From the NCBI GenBank assembly GCA_964255285.1, contig CAXUUL010000036.1:1-50568 (forward strand): a DNA stretch of 50,568 bases. The letters run 5' to 3'. The DNA comes from Ionaspis alba. Its lineage: Eukaryota. Positions 39,127 to 49,273 of this stretch are shown here, piece after piece. The notes under the pieces were generated by a model. The model was given only the letters and a program-made list of their open reading frames with translations. It had not been told where the DNA came from and did not search any database. The number at the start of each line of letters is the position of its first letter. Positions within the stretch are counted from its first letter, which is position 1. The position numbers were made by a program, and so were the translations under genes.

Positions 39127-39275
39127 GAGCGCCGATGTGTCTGCTGTGTCCAATTTACCGCAAATCTCTCAACATCCCACCAGAGCAGGTTGGCATTGGT
39201 ATTAACCATCCTCAGACACGAAAGCAAGAGCAATCTGACCTAGCCGTCCGTGTGCAATACCTCGTTTCTCGCTTC

Positions 39276-40109
39276 ATGGTCATCATGCATTTCAATAGCA
39301 TTTCCTTTTGCTTGGGGTCAATTGCCTTTGCATTGACAGCCATCGCCACTCCTGTGCCGTCAAAAGGTCAGGCTGGCGAGACACAAGTACCCATGAAATA
39401 TACGGGACCCATCAAGGTCAATGGACAGGATGTCGAGTTGTATGGAAACGCTCAGGTCCGTCTCTCATTCCAGAAAAGCCCTTCTTGATGTCGGCACAGG
39501 GGCTGATATGTATATGCCTGTGACTACAGGATATACATGCACAAATCCGAAGTCTCAATCCCGAATTCGACCCGGACGACTTCGAGGTGGTCCGCGCGGC
39601 GAAACTCAGGAAGAGTAGTATTCTTTCCAAGCGCAAACAGGTAAGAATTGCGTACAGAAGGTCAACATCGGTGGTCATGGGCACGAACTTACTGGCTGTT
39701 CCAAACAAATAGGTCGGAACAATTTGCGGCATTGGTGGTGGGTACTCCACTTTGGATGCCTTCCATGTGAACTACGACTATGTGATCAGTCTGCCGGGTA
39801 GTTGCGAAGTTGGTGGTGGACACGGTGTTTGCAGCAACTTGGCATGCTCTCCTGGTGGAGGGATGTATCTGTGCAATGATGTAAGGAATTCACCTCTCAT
39901 CGTCTCGACTCTATCGAACTTCTTGATCAGCGCTGATTCTTGATTGTGTATTGCAGAATCCCTATCATCTTAGTCTCTCTTGTGGGGATGTTGCTCCCTA
40001 CGCTCTGAGCGCAGGTTCATGCACTGTACCGGGACCTGGGGCCCCTTCTAATATCAATGGCCAGGCGTTTGATTCGAATAATTTCAATATTATCGTGAGC
40101 GGGTGCTAG
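39276..40109 (+). CDS. Small secreted cysteine-rich protein (signal peptide, propeptide, 8-Cys mature domain)
   Basis: Four exons (introns 39456-39529, 39641-39712, 39881-39956) splice in frame to a TAG at 40107-40109. Hydrophobic N-terminus, dibasic SKRK site, then 8 Cys. Start is 39276 or 39285. Confidence 0.85.
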
Positions 40110-40727
40110 TGCCAAGGTGTTTTGCATACAGAGCCACAGATTAGGAGAGAGGAGGGAAAAGGCTAGGATTGTCAAGCGTGCCAGAATATTTGTTTTTGGG
40201 GCGCAGTTTGTGTTGTGGTCTCCCAAGAGAGAGGAGCTTAGGGAAGTGTCTGTTTTCTGTCCTGGCGGACGTAGAGAAAGCTGCAGGCAACGAGACTTTG
40301 TTTCACTATAGAGCTCTGATACTCAGAATATGATAGTGATGGCACACCAGTACCCGGTCTGTGACAGCTGCTTATATATAGGCACTATTGTGTTCCCATT
40401 GCAAATTCGGCCCCGGATAACGCCTTTAAACTGAACCAAGCACTTGCCCTAAAGGGCTTCCTCGTTGTAGCATACACAATTTCTGGGTAATCAATCACAT
40501 TATTCAATTACAATGTGATACGGAAGTATAGTTCTGACGAGCATTGCAACAGCACCGAGGTTTTTGTTTCACATTTTGCTCAAGAAGCTAAATTGATGAC
40601 CAGCCCGCGCATTCTGTGCAGTGGCTTGGAGCTCGAAACCAGCCACAACAAGGCTGCAGGATCATGATTGTCTTGCAATTGTCCACTGCATATTCACTCC
40701 AGTTTCCGTCTCGCTTTCTGTGCGCAT

Positions 40728-42687
40728 ATGGATCCTGTCTCCATTATCGGCCTTGTCGGTGTCTGTACGGGGCTGGCAGATGTAGTCCTGAGAATTGCTC
40801 AAGGATTGAATGAATATAGAGTCAAGTATAAGGAAGCCAGCCGGACACTGCTTCGTATTAGGAATTATTGCAATATCATACAAGCTGCGGTGATTAAGAT
40901 ACAGCAATGGATTACAAGCACTTTGGCGGTATCTCCCACACGGGCAGCACATGTCGCTCCTATGCGTGCAGCGCTTACTGGGTTCGTCGATTTGATGAGC
41001 GGTCTGCACGACGAAGTCGAAATGCTACTCGGAAAGGACTCTGTTTCCGGAAACCTGAATCGAAAAGCTAGGCTGAAGGTTGCATGGAAGGAGGATGCTA
41101 TGAAAGAGCATTTGCAAGAGATTCACCAGATGGCAGGCGCTTTACATTTACTCTTGGACGCGACAAGGCTGTCAGTCCAAAGCAGTCCGTTTCTCAACCT
41201 TTTAACTAAGTATACAGTGTAGTCCAACTACAGATGCAGAGACGGTCATCCAATCCATCGCAGACGGGCGAAAAGGGAGTGAAGCCTCCGATGGAACAGC
41301 GCTTAACCAGGAGCCGACTGGCATCGATCGAAATACTTCCACTGTCGATGAATTAGACCTAGAGAAGCTGCAGCTTGCTCCGAATTTTGAAGATACTCAA
41401 GACCCCCTTACCAAGGACAGCGATGCCTGGACGGCAAGGCTAGTGCTGCGGTTTGGTATGACGCCTTGTCCTCGCGAATGCGGAACAGACTGACTAAAGG
41501 AGTATCAGATGGCGGTGAGAACCTCGACAATTCAAGCCTTGTGATCATTGAAGCTCTTATGCAGCAAATCGAAACAATCGAACAGCGAAGACCCCTTGCG
41601 CCTGAAGAGACTAAGACAGCTCTGATCCCATGCAACTACTTCGACGAGATAGTCGGATCAGGAACAGGAGGGTAAGCTCATGTCCTATCTCTTCCCAGAA
41701 CCTCAAGACTAAGATCGCGTTCTAGCATTGTTGCAATCTTTCTCGGCCGTCTTCGCATGTCCAGCACCGAAGCTTTAGCACAGTACAGATATATGGCATT
41801 GACGATCCTCGGACGAGCCATGACAACTTTGCCGTTCAGCCGCAACCACAATGCAGGCACCGCTTCGAAGTCTGTTATCAAAGAAATCGTTGAGAAGGCT
41901 ATCTCAACTCCGGGTCAACCCTTCTCCGCCAAAGCGAATGTTTTCTCGAGTCCACCGCAAATGTGCAAAACGTAAGACACTTCTCTCCATGACCGTATCC
42001 TTCTCAAGACTGACAGTTCACAGCACAGTAGTCACCGGTGATCCGTCAAGAAATCGTGAAAACAGGTCGATACATCGCAGTTACGATGTAGAATCGGAAA
42101 ATCCCTCGAACTCGAGCGATCTTTCCTCTACCCCAACCCTCTTAGAACATGCATCTTTATCAATTACGCAAGTAGCCCAACTCTCCACGGCCAACCTTCG
42201 ACTCCCAACCCAACGTCTATTCGGCGAGTCCTGGACTTCCAGCAACCCAGTCACACATCCAGCTCCCTTCGATCTCATGCTCAGCATCGGCACCGGCCAT
42301 GTCGCCAGCACCACTCCGCCCCCGTCTAGAAACGACAAAACCAGGCGCTACTTCACGCTGTTGTATATGCCACCCTCAAGACCTTCTGTGGCACCACGAG
42401 CTGCAGGAAAACCTGGATCAGAAGACTATCAAGACCCTATCCAGCGCTTTCAACACCGCTACGACGGCCTCCGTCCTGTCCCCGCATTCCAGATCTTGAG
42501 TGGAGGCGACTCGGGCTCTTTCGAGCAATTGCGGGCGACTGTGAAGGCTTTCCTTGCTCGGCCGGAAGTTGCGAGCGATTTGAAGCTCGTTGCGGAAGAG
42601 CTTGTGGATGTGAGACGGCGGAGGGCAGTGGAGGATCCGAAGCGGTTTCGGGCCTTTTGCGGGGAGCCGTCGGGAGATGGATCTTGA
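40728..42687 (+). CDS. Fungal N-terminal (HeLo-like/SesA-type) helical domain fused to a degenerate patatin (PNPLA) domain
   Basis: Five exons (introns 41171-41222, 41456-41508, 41672-41725, 41972-42023). N-terminus MDPVSIIGLVG...RLKVAWKEDAMKEHL...ALHLLL; patatin landmarks LVLRFDGG, PCNYFDEIVGSGTGG, IAIFLGRLRMS-like IVAIFLGRLRMS, HRSY and LSIGTG. Confidence 0.8.
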
Positions 42688-42994
42688 GATGTAAAGAAAG
42701 CAATCTGATGAAGTGGGCGATTATAGTTTAGATTGGTGTAATTAACTCTTGGGGTATCTGTGTATGATGAAGCCATTTTAAACAATCTCAACGCCCAAGG
42801 TCTAGCAATGTTTATCCCTTTGCGTGGACGCACTCCTGCGTTGCGTGTCGTTAATTCGAAGACTCCTGCCGCGAATACCTCTTCATGTAAGAAAGCATTA
42901 ATCTGCACTTCACGATTTACCACTCTCACAAGCATGACTTGATCAGATTGCACATCGAGTGAGAGGTATTAGTGCCAAGACGGCATAGGCGAAT

Positions 42995-44508
42995 TTATGG
43001 ATATTCAAGCCTGTGAAGCAGCGTGTCAGTAGTAGACACGACGCTTAGGAGGGACGTTCGAGAAGCCTTGATATTGTCATCGGGGATAAACACTTACTGT
43101 TTGCAGCCGATGAAGGCGTATTCGTCGTCTGCGCTTGCTACAAAAACGTCAGTACCTTCTCAGTGATAAAAGACCTTACAGAAGATACATGCCTGCAGAT
43201 TCCCAGAAGCGCTGTCTGACTCTCCAAAAGGCTCATTGATCCACCCATTGCTGTTCGCAATATTGATCGAATCATACCACGTATCTGCCATCTTCTTATA
43301 GCCCTGATCATTTGGANNNNNNNNNNNNNNNNNNNNNNNNNNNNNNNNNNNNNNNNNNNNNNNNNNNNNNNNNNNNNNNNNNNNNNNNNNNNNNNNNNNN
43401 NNNNNNNNNNNNNNNNATTGATCGAATCATACCACGTATCTGCCATCTTCTTATAGCCCTGATCATTTGGATGCAAATAGTCTGTAAAGTCGATGCTGGT
43501 GTTGAGGGCATTGAACATGTCGACCAGTAAGACATGTTTCCCTTCTTCTGCTCTCTTACCGACCACATCAGTGATCGCTTTGTTGAACTTGAGAATCCGA
43601 GCTTCGGTCGCTGCATTCCCAGACGGAACGATTTGCGCAACCAAGAGTGCTGCGTCCGGACATGCTGTGATGACCTGGTCGACCAAGTTGCCTAGACGTT
43701 CAGGTGCTGTATCTGGCTCTACAGGACCATTTACGTCGTTCGTTCCAGCGTGGAGAAGCACCAGGTTCGGCCGCTCTTTCAGAGATCCTATGGTGTAATT
43801 GGCGATGTCGGTGATGAGCGCGCCATTGTGTCCTTCGTTCTGATTGTTGGTCATGTTGCCGGCGCGTGATGATCCAATGTAGGTGACGTTGTTGGAGGGA
43901 ATGAGCTTGTTCAAGAGGTCCAGACGATAGCCGTTTCCGGAAGTGCTTTGGAAGCCGTCGGTGATGGAGTCTGGTAAGATGTTAACAGCGCTTTTGGCGC
44001 ATCCATGTCAGTACATACCTCCCAGTGGTAATATCTTCAAGGTCTTGTTCATGATGCCCAGTTGAACTATGTCTTTCCGCTTCGTCTTGGTGCTTCTGGT
44101 TTTCACCCTGGTAGCATCGTCCTGTAGCAGCCGATCTATCTCATTTCCCACGGTCTGAAGACGCATACCAGGAGCAGCAGTGCCAGATTGGGCCACATAA
44201 TGAACCTAATGCTGCTTTCTCAGTATCTCGCCCCTCAGCTGGAAAGGATTCTTGCTTACTCCAGGGAAATGACTGTAGTAATCCTTCTGTGCATCGTCAA
44301 GCGGAGCATCCCAGAAGAGCACGTTCTGATTGACATTGTGTGATATGAACAATTCGTTGCTGTCAAAATGCTGTTGAAGATCTACAGTGATCTGGCTATT
44401 GGTTGTGTTATCTTTGATGTCGCAAGGCCATATCGAGTAGTATGGGATCGAGTCAACGGTATTCGCTGCAAGAATTATTGCTGCAACAACGTGCAGAAGT
44501 GCGAACAT
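42995..44508 (-). CDS. Secreted SGNH/GDSL hydrolase (carbohydrate esterase family 3-like) with N-terminal prodomain
   Basis: Signal peptide MFALLHVVAAIILAA. Spliced PLG|DSIT (catalytic Ser), EGHNG, HAGTND and DYLHP blocks. After collapsing the gap duplication the frame continues WYDSINIANSNGWI, then through two small exons to LEYP* at 42995. Confidence 0.85.
43262..43471. repeat. 55-nt exact direct repeat flanking a 100-N scaffold gap (probable assembly artefact)
   Basis: 43262-43316 is identical to 43417-43471; Ns at 43317-43416. Confidence 0.93.
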
Positions 44509-45391
44509 GGTGATGTAGATCCATAGAAGACCAGGTTTCAACGAGTGACTGTGAGAGTAGCTGGTAACGACGGTAGATGTGGAAGTAGAATCTCAACAAC
44601 AATCGCCAGTTATTCACATAAAGACAAAAAGCAAATTAACCAAGAGCGCGAGACCGCACGACGGAAGTCGCACAACAGTACTATGAGCTTCTCCGTCAAG
44701 ACTCCATACTACCTCAACTGCTCCAGGCAGAGACCCTGGAGGTACATCGACATATAAGGAGGGGCCGTTTGCAGCTGACATTTCATCGACGAGATAATGG
44801 TGTGCCTCGCAAATTGTTTCCATCGATTGGTTGCACACGATGCTCATTAGGGTTCTAGATCCACTGAACGGTAGACATACATGGCCACCCCCCTGGGCTG
44901 CAAATCCTTCCTGAACGGTGCCGCATACTTGCTTCTGCTGCCTTCCTCCGAAGCACCGAAATGCCGAGCGATATTGCCAAGCATTTATCCAATACAGTGC
45001 CTGTTCGTATGCCTAGTCGACATATGAAGTCGTACGGAGATCCCGCGACATTATTGCGAGGCCCCCTCGATTGTCACCGCACAGCAGTCAAAGGGGTTAT
45101 GGCAACCAGAATCAATATGCCACGAGGTACGGCTGTTGGTAGCAACAAGCGACGCATAGGTTTCAACAACTGTTTGAGCGACCACGGGACTGCTCTATCA
45201 CCGACTCCGCGCACATGTTTTCTTTTGGATCTCCTCCGGGCTCTATGGAAGACGAGGATCAATAAGTTGGGGTACTTGACTCGTTCCTGCCACTATGAGC
45301 GATAAGAATGCAGAAACCTTGATCGTCGTCGTTGTAAGCCTCATATCGAATCAATCGTCCTCGGGGTTGAACAAGCTGTCGCCGATTGGCC

Positions 45392-45491
45392 NNNNNNNNN
45401 NNNNNNNNNNNNNNNNNNNNNNNNNNNNNNNNNNNNNNNNNNNNNNNNNNNNNNNNNNNNNNNNNNNNNNNNNNNNNNNNNNNNNNNNNNN
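45392..45491. other. 100-N scaffold gap
   Basis: Run of 100 Ns with no flanking duplication; it hides the 3' end of the adjacent minus-strand gene. Confidence 0.98.
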
Positions 45492-46480
45492 TCCCCCTTA
45501 GCAAAACTCGCCTCTACAACCCTACCTGCCTGCACAGCCTCGCACTTCCTCCTCTCCCTTTCCGCTCCACCTACAGCCTCCTTCTCGCCCTCCCGATCCC
45601 CCCTCAATTTCCCTTGCGCAGACCCATCACCAACCAAGAACCCGAAAGCACACCCCCTCCTCCCCGCCTGCCTCACCATCTCCCGTTCCTCGGCCCTCGC
45701 TTGTCCCTCCCTCCTTTTGGCTAGCTCCTCCTCCGTGGACTGTGATATCCCTAACGCTGGATCCACGCTCCCAGCCGATCTAATTCTTGACAACTTGTTC
45801 TCCTTACCATCATCAGGCAAGCGTACCGGGACGCCTCCAACCTCCTCATCCTCACTCATCTCGTCCCGTCCTCCAGCTCCGGAGCTATCGTCGTGCTCCC
45901 TATCCTCCATATCCACACTCCGCCACTCATCTCCATCCGGTACACCCCTCTTATATCTATCCCTCCGTCTCCCAAACCTCTTCTCAGGGTCCTTCTCCCG
46001 TCCAAAAACGAGTTTCTCCACTTCCTCACACATCACTATCCTCCTGGCGTCGCCTTTCACCTTTCCCATCTTCTTTCCTTTTCCCTTTTCTGTCGCTGCT
46101 TCAGGCGCTGTGAGGTCAGCGTGCGCTGAGCTGGAGGAGGTGAGGAGCTGGACAAACGCATCTTCAATCCGCTGGTCTATACTACCGGATGCATAGCGGG
46201 GTTTGTGCGAGCGGCACCGGTCGGAGCAGAACTTGGGCGGTGTGGGGGATCTGGTGTGGGATTTTCGGGGGGCTGGTTCTGGGGTTGGTAGGGTCAGTCA
46301 ATTGGTATAGTCAGGTGGGTGAGTGGGCGGTGAAGGGTGACATAGGGAGTGAATTTGAAAGGAAAGGGAGGGGCAGATACGCGTACAGATTATTCGCCCA
46401 CAAGTGTGGCAATATAACGTCCCTGCCTCAATGGAGGAAGCGAGAGGAGCGGAAGCGTGCTTGGAGGGGCGGGTGGACAT
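45492..46480 (-). CDS. Conserved hypothetical protein with DUF2256-like CxxC...CxxxC zinc-binding motif; 3' end lost in gap
   Basis: Exon 1 YCHTCGRII splices to SPRKSH...KFCSDRCRSHKP. C-terminal EEREMVRQAGRRG and RRKCEAVQAGRVVEASFAKG run into the gap. Confidence 0.8.
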
Positions 46481-47194
46481 GGTGCGTAGCTGAAGGCTAG
46501 CGAATGGGTGGATGGGAGGTAGAGCTCGAGGATCGAGATGGAATGAGGCGACAAATCGAGGGAGGGACGTAAAGGCGAGTTGAGCCGCGCAAGGGTCTTG
46601 GATGTCGCGGCTTGGGTGGTCGGTTATAAGTCGGAAGAGCGGAATCTTCGAGGAGTACGCGTGGCCGAGCTGCAGGCTTGAGACTTTTTTCGTACGCATT
46701 GAAGGCTAAGGAAGTAGGCGAAAGTGGGGAGCTGGAAGCAATAATGGAAGCGATTTTTAAGGGGGGTACGGCTAGGCTTGGCATCAAACTCAATGACAGC
46801 ATTAGGGCTTCCTATAGCTTATTTTGTCCCACAACAAGAACGTACGTAGGTATCTTCAAGTCCTTTGACTGTCAATTGACGAGAAATCATGTAGAAGTTT
46901 CATATCGATCAATTATATCCACAACCACTCGCACCCAGGCAAAGCGGCCTCCTCTCCCTTTTTAGGAAATCTATGTACAAGTCTCTTCCTTTTGCTCCAA
47001 GAAGCAAACATTAGTACGTATCACCCCTAGATCTAAACAAAGCACCCACCTCCCTATTTCCCACGCCGAGGGTTGAAAGAAACCCGCTTGAGAAAAGAAT
47101 GCAGTAAACAAAAGGAAGAAAATTATTATAAGAAAGGTAATTAATGCCATTCATTACACCTCTCCCTCTCATCCTCCCCAGCTTACACAACAAA

Positions 47195-49273
47195 TCAAGC
47201 CAAAGCAACCAACTCCTTCTCCACCTCCTTCAACAACCTCGGTTTCGCACTGACAGTATAGACCAGCTTATCTGTCCAAAAGTGGCTCACCTCCGCCACA
47301 ACCGCAGGAATGGTACTGAAAAGCATGCCCGCCACAGGCATGAGGCAATAATCGATCCAATTCTTCTTCATGCTGCGATAGGAAAACCCGCCTTGCATGC
47401 GCTCCCACAATCCAGCGCGCTTCATCTCCTCTTCCCGGGCTCGCACGCAGATCAGGTGGTAGTTTTCGTAGAGGTAGAGGTAGAAGAAGGTCAGCAGGAT
47501 GCCGACGAAGCGTAATGTGCCGTTGAAGCCGAAGGACCAGAGGAGGAGGGGATGGGTTACGGAGGCGGGGGTGTAGGTGCTGTAGAGGACGCCCGTGGCG
47601 AGGGCGACGGTTAGGTGGGTGGGGAGGAAGTGGGCTTCGAAGAGGCGGTGGAAGAGGATTAGGAGTTTGATTTTGTTGAAGGAGGGACGGGGTTTGTGCG
47701 GGTCTTCGTAGACGTTTGGGGGGGTGAAGTGTGTGAGGTTGGAGTCGTTGACCCAGCGGGGAACGCGGTCTGCTGGGCTGTTCATCTCGTTAGTAACGTT
47801 TTGTGTAGGAAGTATGGGGATTACGTACTCATTGGCTCTTGATAACCAACTGGAGAGCTTCTGGTCATTCTTCCTGCACACTGCCTCCAAAGTCTTCTCC
47901 ACAGCATAACCCGTATCCAAAGAACCCCACATATGCCTCATCGCCTGCTTATACCTCGCTCTCACATTCCCCGTAGTCCACCTCCATCCCTTGGCATCGC
48001 TACTGACATTGCTCTGACTCGCAGGGCTATAAAGAATCCTGATGTTGAATCGTCCAGACGTCGCAAAGTAACACTTCAAGTACATATGCAAATCCTCCCC
48101 GATCGATTCGGGACCTGTATCCCAGCCTCCCACATGACCAGCCAGGGTCATGGGTATTGAATACACTGACGTTGGTATGCAAATCGACGATCCGTTGTAA
48201 AGACCTGATAATCCGGCTCCGCACCAAAAGATGTCTGCTACCCGAACAAGTGGACTGACTTCCTGCGAATTTCTGTCGAAAATTATGGGAGTTACGTAAA
48301 GGGTCGTGGCTGATTCTTCGGTGTTCTCGCGGTGGAATTTGCTGAGCAGAAAGAAATATGTTGAAGAAAAGTGTGTATCGGCTGTAATTGGTGTTAGCAC
48401 CGGCTTGATTATTTTGTGGGTTAGAAGAAATGCTCACAATCCATGACTGTGATTACACAGTTCTTGCGACTCTCATTGTCCACGTAGTTATGGCTCAATT
48501 GACGAGCCGCCCAGCTAACATTACTGCTCTTGCCTGCCACTTCACCGGAAATGTCTCCGGGATGCAGGGTGAACGAAATATTGCGGAATGCTGTAGAAAA
48601 GGAGATGAGGAGCTGAGTAGCTGTGGATTCGGCTTCAGGATCTCGCTGTTCCATGGCAAGGTAGACCTAGAGACAGAAACTGTCAGTGTCCTGCTCCAGA
48701 ACTTCCAGGAAGGACAGATGGAGATATTGTACTGACATCGTAGCTCGACTTCGCCAAAACATGACTAGCCAAGACGGCAAGCGTCTCCCTCAAAGTATCA
48801 ATATCCTCCTTGTAATTGGGTAAGATAATCGCATGAATGACGTTCGTCTCGTCCGGAAAACTAGGAATCTTTGGCGTGCCCGCCCTACTCAGCGGTCCAT
48901 CCGGCGTAATCGACCCACTGACATTCAGCGACGACTGCGAGGACTTCTCAAAAGCCTCCGAAGTCTCCGACTCGGCATAGAGAATGGAATCCGCGGCCTC
49001 GAATTTCGCGCCTCTGACCTCGGCGCCGATGTGCCAGACTGCCCACGCCAGGCGCAGGGGGAAAAGGAGACAGGCGAAGAGGTGCACGAGCACCGAATGG
49101 AAGATGTAGATCATCTGCCAGACGGTGAGGTGGCGGAAGTCGCCATACCGGGCTTTGGAGGTTGAGCCGGACCATGGCGAGAAATGTGTGCCGAGTGCGA
49201 GGTAGCAGACGAGGATCCAGGCGATGACGCTGAAGCCGGGAATGCAGCGACAGAACCAGTTGACGAGACCCAT
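47195..49273 (-). CDS. Membrane glycosyltransferase family 2 protein (processive-type motif set)
   Basis: Four exons. HAIILPNYKED, GKSSNVSWAA, spliced MD|SDTH (DxD), GGWD...IGEDLHM and KQAMRHMWG, with N- and C-terminal TM segments. Confidence 0.9.
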
